NCBI RefSeq assembly: GCF_006345805.1
Contig: NC_043006.1
Location: 17,670,001 to 17,734,000 of the forward strand
Reading direction: 5' to 3'
DNA from: Octopus sinensis
Taxonomy: Eukaryota
Length of the DNA stretch: 64,000 bases
Shown here: in pieces, positions 1-11,436 of the stretch
Layout of the letters: every line of letters begins with the position of its first letter
How positions within the stretch are numbered: the stretch's first letter is position 1
Notes under the pieces: model-generated
What the model was told of the DNA's origin: nothing
Seen by the model: only the letters and a program-made list of their open reading frames with translations
Database searches by the model: none
Program-made: the position numbers and the translations under genes

Positions 1-146
1 TGTGCTATCATTCATATAAAAAGACTGTGTCTGTTTATAAATGACATTGAGCTCATACTGCTGACAAGAAAAAGTAGAAAAGTTTTAATAATTTTTCATG
101 ATTTTGATTCTGTTCACTTTAAGAAGCAAAAATGATAAAAAATATT

Positions 147-330
147 TATTTCTTTATTGCTCACGGAGGGCTAAACATAAAGGGGACAAGCAAGAACAGG
201 CAAAGGGTTTAAGTCGATTACATCGACCCCATTGCATAACTGACACTTATTTAATCGATCCCAAAAGGATGAAAGGTAATGTTGACCTCGGTGGAGTTTG
301 AACTCAGAATGTATGGCAGACTAAATACTA
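147..330 (-). mobile_element. SINE family B, 5' truncated
   Basis: Reverse similarity to 42438-42674. Confidence 0.85.
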
Positions 331-734
331 GGCTTACAAAGAATAAGTCCTGAGATTGATTTCTTTGACTAACACCCCTTAAGGTGGTGCTCCAGCATGG
401 CTACAGTCAAACGACTGAAACAAATGAAAGAATAACCGTAGCCACAATTTCTCTGGCCACACTTTATATTGCATAGAGAGAGGGGCAGAGAATAAAAGAA
501 CAATGTGGAGAGAGTTAGCATAAGAGGTGTGGGGTGAGTGGTGTGAAAGAATCACTGAGTGGAGAAGGAGAAGGAGTAAATGAGAGTTGTTATGGGAAGA
601 AGTACACAAATGAGAAATTTGTTTAATTTAATTCTATTTAACCTTTTAGCCCAAATATTCTATCTGTTTTATGTTGAAACTCGATAGGTCTAGCCTCTCA
701 TAACTACCCTACAATGTTATTCTAAAAATAAACA

Positions 735-1147
735 GGCGCAGGAGTGGCTGTGTGGTAAGTAGCTTGTTTACCAACCACATGGTTCTGGGTTCAGTCCCAC
801 TGCGTGACACCTTGGGCAAGTGTCTTCTACTATAGCCTCGGGCCAACCAAAGCCTTGTGAGTGGATTTGGTAGACGGAAACTGAAAGAAGCCCGTTGTAT
901 ATATGTATATATATATATACATATATGCGTGTGTGTGTTTGTGTGTCTGTGTTTGTCCCCCTAGCATTGCTTGACAACCGATGCTGGTGTGTTTATGTCC
1001 CCGTTACTTAGCAGTTCGGCAAAAGAGACCGATAGAATAAGTACTGGGCTTACAAAAGAATAAGTCCCGGGGTCGAGTTGCTCGATTAAAGGCGGTGCTC
1101 CAGCATGGCTGCAGTCAAATGACTGAAACAAGTAAAAGAGTAAAAGG
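735..1147 (+). mobile_element. tRNA-head SINE family A with internal (TA)n(GT)n
   Basis: ggcgcaggagtggctgtgtggtaagtag head, gggttcagtccc B-box-like motif, (AAAGAGT)n tail. Inserted inside a TTAA MITE. Confidence 0.9.
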
Positions 1148-1384
1148 GTAACCAGATCATCAAAATCTTGAAGCTAAGAGATAATGTAATATTAATTCAA
1201 AATAATGTGAATAAATAATTACATTTGATGGAGTTATCTGAATGCTTTGGGGGTTAAAGACGATAAATATTTTACTTTTGAAATTTAGTATTCATTTTAT
1301 TGTTTTGTATTAGCGCCAAGAACTTTGATGAAAGTTGAATTATAATTATTCTATGTATGCCATATTTTTTTTATATTACCCATT

Positions 1385-1710
1385 GTGAGGGCGCGTGGTT
1401 TAGTGGTTAGGGCATTCGGCTCATGATCGTAAGGTTGTGAGTTCGATTCCCAGCGATGCGTTGTGTCCTTGAGCAAGACACTTTATTTCACGTTGCTCCA
1501 GTCCACTCAGCTGGCAAAAATGAGTTGTACTTGTATTTCAAAGGGTCAGCCTTGTCACTCTCTGTGTCACGGTGATTATCCCTGAGAACTACGTTAAGGG
1601 TACACGTGTCTGTGGAATGCTCAGCCATTTGCACGTTAATTTCACGAGCAAGCTGTTCCGTTGATCGTATCAGCTGGGACCCTCGTCGTCGTAACCGGCG
1701 GAGTCTTTTT
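1385..1710 (+). mobile_element. tRNA-head SINE family D with 11-bp TSD
   Basis: A-box-like tggtttagtgg, B-box gagttcgattcc, poly-T end; TSD tattacccatt at 1374-84 and 1711-21. Older copy at about 34365-34625. Confidence 0.9.
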
Positions 1711-2442
1711 TATTACCCATTATGGCAAAAATATGCTTCCAATCTTACTTGTTATATGACAGGTAACACTCTAGTATTTTTATAATTCTGAGATGAATTA
1801 TGAAGATTGATGTTGTTATGGTTACATTTTTTAATCATCTTCAAGAACCGTGTCTTTGCATATATTTGCTTTCTTTCAGCTGGAATTGCATTCACAAAAC
1901 TTTGTTGTAATTGACAGTTCTGCATTCATATCCTGTACGTCATAATACCACCATGATGAAAATGAAATGGGGCCCATTTAGAGAATATGTCAATCAAAAG
2001 GTCATAAATGAAGCAAAATATGGTTAATTATCTAATCTTTTTGTCATTGTTTGGATGATTCTGCACAATCAGTAATTAGTTTAAAGTAGTTAATTTATAA
2101 TAGAATGCCTTGCTTGTTGTCTGTTGTTTCATTATCAGCTGAGTGAATTAAGCGAGCATGGTATCTATTCACTACTAAATTAATGGAAACTAGCAGTCAT
2201 TTTCTCTGCCTATACATGTCATAATTTTAGCTGCAATATAGATGACAGAGGTGTAAGAGAAAAGAATAGAAATATAGAAGCAAGAGACAAGAAATAAACT
2301 CTTTTGTTACCATATTTTTTTTTTTTTTGAAATGCACAGCCTTTGTTTCTGTTAATTTTGAAAATAATGAAAACTTTAGAAATGTAACCTTAAGCTGGTG
2401 TTTGAAACATAACATGAAATTTTGATGGAAAGTTTTTATTTA

Positions 2443-2605
2443 GGCACAGGAGTGGCTGTGTGGTAAGTAGCTTGCTTACCAGCCACATGGTTTCGGGTTC
2501 AGTCGCATTGCATGGCACCTTGGGCAAGTGTCTTCTGTTATAGCCTTGGGCCGACCAAAGCCTTGTGAGTGGATTTGGTAGGGGGAAATTGAAAGAAGCC
2601 TGTTG

Positions 2606-2645
<40 letters not shown>

Positions 2646-2770
2646 TGTTGGTCTCCCCACCTTTGGTTGACAACCGATGTTGGTGTGTTCACATACCCAT
2701 AACTTAGCAGTTCAGTAAGAGACCAATAGAATAAGTACTAGACTTACAAAGAATAAGTCCTGGGGTCAAT
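2443..2770 (+). mobile_element. SINE family A, 3' truncated
   Basis: High similarity to 735-1147. Confidence 0.85.
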
Positions 2771-3171
2771 TTGTTTAACCATTTTGTTACCATATTTCTC
2801 TTGAAATACATAACCTTTGTGTTAATTTTGAAAATAATGAAAACTTTGGAAAAATAACATCATCATTATTGACCATTTCGTTATCATATTCTTTCATTTA
2901 ATTTTAAAGATAATGAAGTGTTTTGTAAACTGACTTTGTCTTTATGAAATTGGTGTTTGGATCATAAATTAGCATGAAATTTTAATGGAATATTATAATT
3001 TAGATCACTTGAAGATAAGAAACTTGTATCAAAGAACCAGGGGTGATCTCAGGTGGGTTATTATAAGAAGGGTTTAAAATGCATCCTACAATGAACATGT
3101 GTTACGTACTAAAAGAAAATAAAAGGTTTTGTAGTATACTTCTATTTAACAACTGTTCATTTTGTAATTAA

Positions 3172-3380
3172 CTCTTTAGCTTCTACATTACAGTAATGAT
3201 TTTTATTCACATTGTTTTGAATTAATTATGCATTATCTTGTAGCTTTAAGATTTTTGTGAGATAACTGTTAATTTTTAGAAAGATATTATAGTGTTGATA
3301 TGAGAGGCCAAATCTGGCCTCTTGTGCATAAAACAGATAGAATATTCTGACTGGATTTGGCCAGATTAAATACTAAAGAG
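3172..3380. mobile_element. Second TTAA-flanked MITE family
   Basis: TTAA-CTCTTTAG ... CTAAAGAG-TTAA. Confidence 0.7.
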
Positions 3381-3581
3381 TTAAAAGAGAGGAATTCATA
3401 ATACAGTACAGTTTAAATTCATTTTGTTTCAGTTATTTAACCATTTTCTTACCATATTTTTGCTGAAATACACTAAATTTGTTTCAGATAATTCTGAAAT
3501 AGGTCTGTAACATAAATTAACTTGAAAGTTTGTTGGAAAGTTTTAATTTGGATTACTTTAAAACAGGAAGTTTATATAATA

Positions 3582-3741
3582 GGCGCAGGAGTGGCTGTGT
3601 GGTAAGTAGCTTGCTTACCGACCACATGGTTCCGGGTTCAGTCCCACTGCGTGGCACCTTGGGCAAGTGTCTTCTACTATAGCCTCGGGCCGACCAAAGC
3701 CTTGTGAGTGGATTTGGTAGACGGAAACTGAAAGAAGCCCG

Positions 3742-3784
<43 letters not shown>

Positions 3785-3998
3785 CGTGTGTGTTTGTGTC
3801 TGTGTTTGTCCCCCTAGTATTACCTGACAACCGATGCTGGTGTGTTTATGTCCCCGTCACTTAGCGGTTCAGCAAAAGAGACCGATAGAATAAGTACTGG
3901 GCTTACAAAGAATAAGTCCCGGGTCGAGTTGCTCGATTAAAGGTGGTGCTCCAGCATGGCCACGGTCAGATGACTGAAACAAGTAAAAGAGTAAAGAG
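3582..3998 (+). mobile_element. SINE family A, full length
   Basis: Near-consensus copy with tataata TSD (3575-81 / 3999-4005), nested in a TTAA MITE. Confidence 0.9.
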
Positions 3999-4521
3999 TA
4001 TAATACCAAAGGGTTAATCATTCAATCACAATACTCTTTTAAAAAATAATTGCAAATTAATCTTAAGTTTCTTTTAGAATTAATTGGACTTTTTAAAAAT
4101 TTAATATGTATTATTAATTCATTGGAATGTAATCTATGTAATGTAATTTATTGGAGCATAATCTTTATTTCTGAAAGTAAATTTCTACACTAATTTATAT
4201 TTTTCATTTTTCGCTAGCTCTGCAGCATTGATAAAGTTTAGATGTGAAAAGCAAATAAATATTTACTTTTGTATAACAGTTAGGCAATTGAATATGGAAT
4301 ATTGGCATTTCTAGGAGTGTTTAGTGTAGGAAATCTTATTTTGAGATGTAGCCTTTCTTTGAAATTGTGAAGGTATGAAGGAGAAATGTTAGCATTGAGG
4401 AAGCGTAGTTGTTCCCAATATCAGGATCTGCAGAACCCATCTATGAATTGGAACTGGCTTAATACATTCTATAATATCTTACTGTTATGAACAGAGATTT
4501 AAGCTAGTTGAGAAAACTAAA

Positions 4522-4530
4522 ATGAACTCT
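4522..4530 (+). CDS. Weak candidate first coding micro-segment (MNS)
   Basis: aaaATG AAC TCT|GTGAGT, phase 0. Could easily be chance. Confidence 0.15.
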
Positions 4531-4547
4531 GTGAGTGTGTGTGTATA

Positions 4548-4910
4548 TATATAACGGGAAGGTTTACGAAAATAAACAAAAGACGAAGGCAGGTGGAGTA
4601 CAAACAAACAAATGTATTAGTATGGCGCTCAGGAATAGAAATAGAACAAGTCTTTTACATTTCGAGCCTACGCTCTTCGAGAGAAAGATACACAGAAAAA
4701 AACAAGGAGAGAAAAAAAAGGAGAACTCTCGCATCATTAGATGATAGGTCTGTGATTTCATACTGAACAACCATACAGGTGATTTGTTGAAAGTGATCAA
4801 ACATTTGTGTTCATATAAGCTCCCTCCATAAAGTTGACGATACCTGTACAGGTGCACAAGTATGCCACATGTCAGATGTCAAGATGATAGCATGGCACTT
4901 ATAGACCTTG
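4548..4910 (-). mobile_element. Probable Penelope-like element terminus or non-autonomous derivative
   Basis: T-rich minus-strand tail ending in (TA)n and carrying the hammerhead-shaped motif. Family assignment is inference. Confidence 0.4.
4651..4688 (-). ncRNA. Hammerhead-shaped motif with non-canonical core (CUCUCGA)
   Basis: Minus strand: TCTTT-CTCTCGA-A-GAGC(GTAG)GCTC-GAA-ATGT-A-AAAGA. Same spacing as 5712-5757 but G5 and A6 are replaced. Confidence 0.45.
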
Positions 4911-5711
4911 TATGTATGTATGTAGATGTGTGTGTATAGCTACATAGTTAGGAAGTTCCCTTCCTAACCACATGGTTTGCGGTTCAATCCCACTGTATGG
5001 CACATTGAGCAAGTGTCTTCTACTATAATCCTAGGCAGACCAAAATTCATGGATTTAGAAGATGGAAACTGAAAGAAGCCTGTTTGTGTGTGTGTGAACG
5101 AAGCTCAGTGATTTTTGGAGAAGAGCAAGTGCAAACAAACACACTCAAGTCATGTCATTGTTTTCATTTCCCCAATTAACAAATCATCCGCTTTGCTTGC
5201 ATTCTTGAAGATGTGTTGAATAAAAGATCCCTTACCTAAGCAAGTAATGGTTAGCTACAGGAAAGGTATCCAGCTGTAAAACAATACCTCCGTAATATAT
5301 TCATTTAATCCTTGCTAGCATGAAAAGTAAAGAGATAAAACAAAAATATTCTTTTGTTTTTTTAATTTGCTTGTACAGCAATCCCTTGATTATCTCAGGT
5401 ATTACATTCCAAAACCTCTGTGATAGGTAAAAATCTGCAAAGTAGAAACAGCACCGTACTGTAAATTTAAAAAAAATTATTTTTATGATTTGTCTGTATT
5501 TATTTTATTATAAATGCAAAACAACACCATGGAGGAATTGATTTAAGCTCAAATAATAAACTGCAATAGGTGAACTGTGGATATGGTAAGGGATCGCTGT
5601 ATATATTTGTGTAGTTACAAAAGTATATTTGCATACTGTTCTATATTTAAGAGATGAGGAATTATGTACATTATTTACATTTGATGGATATTTGTCCTCA
5701 TCTTGTTTGTT

Positions 5712-5757
5712 AACACAACGTTTCGGTTGATATACACTCCAGCCTTCATCAGGAGTC
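5712..5757 (-). ncRNA. Minimal type-I hammerhead ribozyme motif, core intact
   Basis: Minus strand reads GACTC-CTGATGA-A-GGCTG(gagtgtatat)CAACC-GAA-ACGT-T-GTGTT: core CUGAUGA, stem II, GAAA, palindromic stem III ACGT, GUU cleavage triplet, stem I. One mismatch each in stems I and II. Confidence 0.75.
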
Positions 5758-5963
5758 TTGGGGGAAATTTCGTAGCTGGGTTCTCACTCCTAAAGTATTT
5801 TTCGATGTTGTTGTTATTATTAATCAGGTCACTGCTTGGAGTGCGGGCTACTAACCCAAAGATTTCAAGTCCGATTCCAGGCAGTGACCTGAATAATAAT
5901 AATAATAATAATAACATCGAAAAATACCTTAGGAATAAGAACCCAGGTTCGAAATTTCCCCAA

Positions 5964-6009
5964 GACACCTGATGAAGGCTGGAGGATAAATCAGCTAAAA
6001 CGTTCCGTT
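5964..6009 (+). ncRNA. Decayed hammerhead motif (sister copy)
   Basis: GACAC-CTGATGA-A-GGCTGG(aggataaa)TCAGCT-AAAA-CGTT-ccgtt. G12 lost by CG to TA change and stem I 3' strand damaged. Confidence 0.6.
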
Positions 6010-8383
6010 AACAACAAACAAGATGAGGACAAATATCTGTCAAATGTAAATAATGTATATATTTGCATATAAATATCTATTTGTGTGTTTGTGTGTCAGC
6101 GTTGTTTATTCATTTGTGAGTTTGGTAGTATTTTCTTATTGATCACAACATTTATATTGAGTTTTACTAAAGTAATTATTCTGTCTGCTTCATAAATTGT
6201 TATTTTGTGTCTGGTATCACTAAAACTTGTTTTGATATTATTCATTGTTCGTTCTATCATTCGTTGGTTGGCTTCACTGTTTTTTATCTCCTATACTCTC
6301 TACTTCAGTTTTCCGTTATTTTGGATTTCGTTTTTCTGAAATGGCATATCATTGTTTCCTATTAGTTTGTTCAATAAGTGTTCTGATTCTGCTTGTCTGC
6401 TTTGCAATCACATCCTGTTTTCCTAAGCTCTGCCATGTTATACTAAACTTTTTTATTCACTCACTGGTTATTCATTGGTTGGTTCAACAGTTGTATGTCT
6501 GCCTGTTGATTACATCTTTTGTACCTTGTTTTGTTAAAGTTATCAGTTCGTCTACTTCATAATTTGTTATTTTATATTTGAAATCATTAAAGCTGGTTTA
6601 CTATATTCTCTCTGTATGTGGAGGTAGGAATTAATATCTGATGTCCCTGAACTATGTATCTTTTTTTCCCATGGGCTAATTTGTGTGTGTTGGAATTGTG
6701 CTTCTTCTGCAGATTTTTTTACCTTCTTTGGAGTTCAGATGAGTCTTTCAATATGAATGTATTTCTCCTGTGGAGGAATCTAAGAAATAAAATCACAATA
6801 ACAGGCTCAGAAAAACAGTAAGTAAACAATATCAAAGCTAACCAGTGAAAATATTGGATAACCAATTAATGTACTTAAAATATTGTGAGTGACTTCAGTT
6901 GCAAGATAACAATTTATGAAATAGACGGGACAACAATTTAGCAAAACGGGATATAGATGACATGATCACTATGTAGAGGGTTACTAAACCAACCAATGAA
7001 TAAAGTGAAAAACAAACATCATCAAACTCCGTGAGTGTAGTGGGTGCTTTTTACGTGCCACCCGCACTTGAGAAAAATATAACACAACTTAAGCAAACAT
7101 AATACAATTACAAAATAGATTTCCAGTATTTCTTTTTGTTAAATAGTTTTATGTATTTAATTGAGAGAATACCTCCATTAATAATGAGTGCAATATTGTT
7201 TACCCTATTTGAGAAGATTGGCTCTGAAAATATCCATTTTTTAAGTCCCTAATCTTGAGTATTTGTTAGCTTATATCTACCTCAAATAATCTTGAATCCT
7301 TTGTCATGAGACAGTATTCACTTCCTGTCATCAATTACAGATTTTCCAAACTGTTGTATAGACCTCTATTTAGTTCCTTCCATAACCTTTTCTCAGTTCA
7401 CTAGCACCTAGTTTGGTAGGAACTGTCCTACTATATCTCCTCTACACACTTTCTGCTTTCACTACCATTCAACACTCCGTATATATATACGATATATGAT
7501 AAATGCATTACAGAACACAGTATTATAGAGATAAAACATCTCAGTCATATCTGCAGTGTTTTGTTAATTCTTTCTTTTAAACATCCTACTCACAGAACTA
7601 ATATAATTAACTTAACTAATGGAACATCCCTTTTTGTCTGATTGCATCAATACAGCAGTTTTAGCTGCCTTTAATCAGATGTAATATCTCGACTGCACTT
7701 GAAGTGTTGATTCATTGTCTTTAGTTTAAACAGAGAGTATGCCACGTTTTTTTTATAACCATTATTTACTTATTGCTAGCATACTACAATGATATGTAAA
7801 GAAAGCATTTGAAAATAATGTAAGAGTAGATTTTTTTTGAGAAATATGTTTTGCTTGTAAAGTTTTCTGTTTTTATGATTGTTTATGAGAAAATACTGTA
7901 TTGGATTTAAACTGCGTTTAATATACAGTAAACATAGAATTGATATTCATACCATTAAAATACCTTTACTTATGTACATTAGTAGTAAGCAATACTGCTT
8001 TAGTCATATTTATTTCATTTACATAAACTTGTTTCTGCAAGTATGATTGTGACTATGATTTACAATGGCTATAAATAAAGAAAAAAATTTAGAACTTTAA
8101 AAAAAAAACCCAACAAAAAACCTTTTTCAAAGTAGTGTTTTGGTTGGCTATAACCCCGGACATAATATAACTTAGTTATGGTTGTGTGGTTAAGCTTCTT
8201 GCTTCCCAACTGTGTGATCTTGTGTTTAGTCCAAATGGTGGGTTGAACGTTGAGCTAGTGTTTTCTACTATAGTCTTGAGCAAGCATCCTCTATTTTAGC
8301 TCAAGGGCTTTGTAAGTGGATGTATATGCATGTATGTATGTATGTATGTATGTATGTATGTATATATGTATGTATATGTATAT

Positions 8384-8600
8384 ATATTTCTTTACTGCCC
8401 ACAAGGGGCTAAACATAGAGGGGACAAACAAGGACAGACAAAGGGAGTAAGTCGATTACATCGACCCCAGTGTGAAACTGGTACTTTATTTATCGACCCC
8501 GAACGGATGAAAGGTAAAGTCGACCTCGGCGGAATTTGAACTCAGAACGTAACGACAGACAAAATACTGCTAAGCATTTCGCCTGGCTCACTAACATTTC
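8384..8600 (-). mobile_element. SINE family B embedded in a (TATG)n tract
   Basis: Reverse similarity to 42438-42674. Confidence 0.9.
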
Positions 8601-9140
8601 TGTATATGTATATATGTATGTATATGTATGTATGTATGTATGTATATATATATGTATGTATGCATGTATATATGTATGTATGCATGTATATATGTATGTA
8701 TGTATATATATATGTATGTATGCATGTATATATATATGTATGTATGTATATATATATGTATGTATGTATGTATGTATATATATATTTATGTATGTATGTA
8801 TATATATATTTATGTATGTATGTATTTATATATATATATGTATGTATATATGTATATATGTATATATATATATGTAGGTATATATGTATATATATGTGTA
8901 TGTATGTATGTATGTATATATGTATATATATATGTAGGTATATATGTATATATATGTGTATGTATGTATGTATATATATATGTGTATGTATGTATGTATA
9001 TATATATGTGTATGTATGTGTATGTATGTATGTATGTATGTATATATATATGTGTATGTATGTATATATATGTGTATGTATATACGTGTGTGTGTATGTA
9101 TGTATATATGTGTATGTATATACGTGTGTATGTATGTATG

Positions 9141-9171
<31 letters not shown>

Positions 9172-9250
9172 GTATATATATGTACATATATGTATGTATG
9201 TGTATATGTATATATATGTACATATATGTATATATATATATATATATATA
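8601..9250. repeat. Compound (TA)n/(TATG)n microsatellite, about 650 bp
   Basis: Direct reading. Confidence 0.98.
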
Positions 9251-10055
9251 TTAAATATATTCAATGAGAATATTATGTACTGAATTTATATTGAGTGCTC
9301 TATTGTATCAAAGTCTTAATACTATTAAAGTATTTATATATTTAATAGCAGTGATTATATAAATTTTATAATATATTATTATTAATATCGGGAAATCAAT
9401 ATTAGAAAATTCTTCAGAAAGATATATACGTGTGTAAAATAATTGTTGCATTAAAAATATAAATATATATAAAAATATATGTAAATATGTATAAGTATAA
9501 GAATATAATGTATATGACAGTTTAAAAGTTTTAAGTTAAATTTAGTTTTTAAAGCATCTTATGATTGTATCACGGAAGTGCTGTCCCTATAATGAAATCA
9601 TATATTGATAAACATTTATAGACAACTCTTCTGCTCTTCAGAGATATAAAATTTGAATTTTGTATAACATATCAAATGGTAGTTTTTTTAAAATTTGAAG
9701 TAATACTATAAAATAGTGTTTGTTTGAAATATAAGTTTAAAATGACTGCTTTTGATTTTAGGGAGTAGACTTTAGTATTTGAGTCTTTAAATCCATGTAT
9801 ACTTCCTTGGTTAGTCTTCTGTAATAATCCATAATATTTATGTGAAAAACTGTTATATTGTCTTGTATTCCAAATATAGTTAATAGACTTAGATAATATA
9901 GAATAATGGAATCCTATATTGATACGCATTTATTGATAACTCTTCTTTAGTAGTATCAAAAGTGGAATTTGTATAATTTTACGAATGGTAGTTTTTTTTT
10001 TAATTATGAAGTAATATGGGAAAATGGTGTTCATGCATATATATGTATTATCATC

Positions 10056-10117
<62 letters not shown>

Positions 10118-10279
10118 TTAGTTGGCACGCTCACCAAGCTGTGGCATCTAAACCATATACTGATTGATCAAAGTGCAGTTCATAAGATTCAACCTGCTGG
10201 AGTCCATTGGTGGGGTGTTTAACTGATAAATCTAACCATTTCGCTATAGTTGTCAGTTGTGGAACACGACTGTCACTAC

Positions 10280-10321
10280 ATAAACCTGATGATTGCATAA
10301 CACATGAAAGTACTAGTTTAT
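10280..10321 (+). ncRNA. Minimal type-I hammerhead ribozyme motif
   Basis: ATAAAC-CTGATGA-ttgcataacacat-GAA-AGTACT-A-GTTTAT: 6-bp stem I, intact core, palindromic stem III, CUA triplet. Stem II is weak. Confidence 0.65.
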
Positions 10322-11436
10322 TTCAATTTGTAAAATTGTAAAAACTGTAAATAATAAAACGTGAAAATCAGATTAGGTTGGAATATCATTGATGGAAACA
10401 CAGATGAATGATGAAACAGAGCTAAATGATGATAATGATGATTAATTGTTCTGAGAAATCTTTTGTGTAAACAATATATCCTCAACATTATACCTACTTT
10501 TCTATGCTACTGTGGGTTGGATAGGCTCATTGCACCTCCCATGTATGACAGATTTCTTTCGGTTTCCTATAACCAGATTTACTCTCAAGATTTGTGGTTG
10601 ACCCAAGGCTATAATAGAAGATAGCCAACAGTGGAACTGAACCTGAATCTACATGGCCAGGAAGCAAACTTCTCAACCAAAACAGCTAGTCCTGTCTCCT
10701 GGTTTGAGAAACCGTGTAAACTTAGACAATTTGGTGAAGTGTACAAATATTTTATCTTTTAACTAGATATATAATTAACTGAAATACTTTAGTTTTAATG
10801 GGACAAATATTTCATTTAACATTTTATACTTTGCATAAAAACGTAGCAGAATGTCGATAGTCCATCGTGTGATTACATTACCATACCAACATATCAAATT
10901 TTACAACTAGAACTTCCAAAGAGTGACAGTGGATGACAGTTTTGTCAGGCTTTCTTTTGATCTGCAGCAAATAGTTTGCTTTATAATTATACCTTGAATT
11001 TTATAGTCGGAAACTTTATTATTACAACTTAAAATTCCAATTTTAATTTAAAGCAGTATCATTTTCCAAAACCACAATTATAAATCTTTTGCCAGTGTGT
11101 ATTTAATTCCCATGGCAACCCATTTTACTTGATTGTACATGGAATGAATTCTTGTATGAACATCTCTGTTTCACTATATCTGTATTTTAAAACATACTTC
11201 GGCTGCTATCAATTACCTTTTTAATACCAAATTGATAATGGCCAATTTCCGATTCATGTTTTTCCTTAAAGCATCAACATCTGAGATCAATTAAGGAAAA
11301 AATTTCAATAAATATGAATAATCAGATCATAAGCTTTTGAACCCGTGTTTAACCTGGTTGATTTGAATTTTTAAAAAAAGTATTAAAATAAATGCTGGTG
11401 AGTTTAAATGTGTGCAAAAATGTGAAAGCACTTTAA

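Larger units (their letters stand above)
5667..6057. mobile_element. Head-to-head inverted pair of a tRNA-head SINE-like element with a hammerhead-bearing tail
   Basis: Arms of about 5667-5840 and 5875-6057 are diverged reverse complements. The centre holds a tRNA-like head remnant with B-box-like GTCCGATTCC (5869-5878), followed by an (AAT)n tract. Confidence 0.75.

Noticed and set aside
1385-1460. tRNA genes (also the heads of families A, B and E)
   Set aside because: A/B boxes are present but no complete cloverleaf; they continue into SINE bodies with tails and TSDs.
8330-9283. Long YI/MYVC/HTYI ORFs up to 240 aa (also 23794-24081, 25331-25580, 43941-44476, 55602-56030)
   Set aside because: Translations of (TA)n/(TATG)n/(CA)n microsatellites that lack stop codons by composition.
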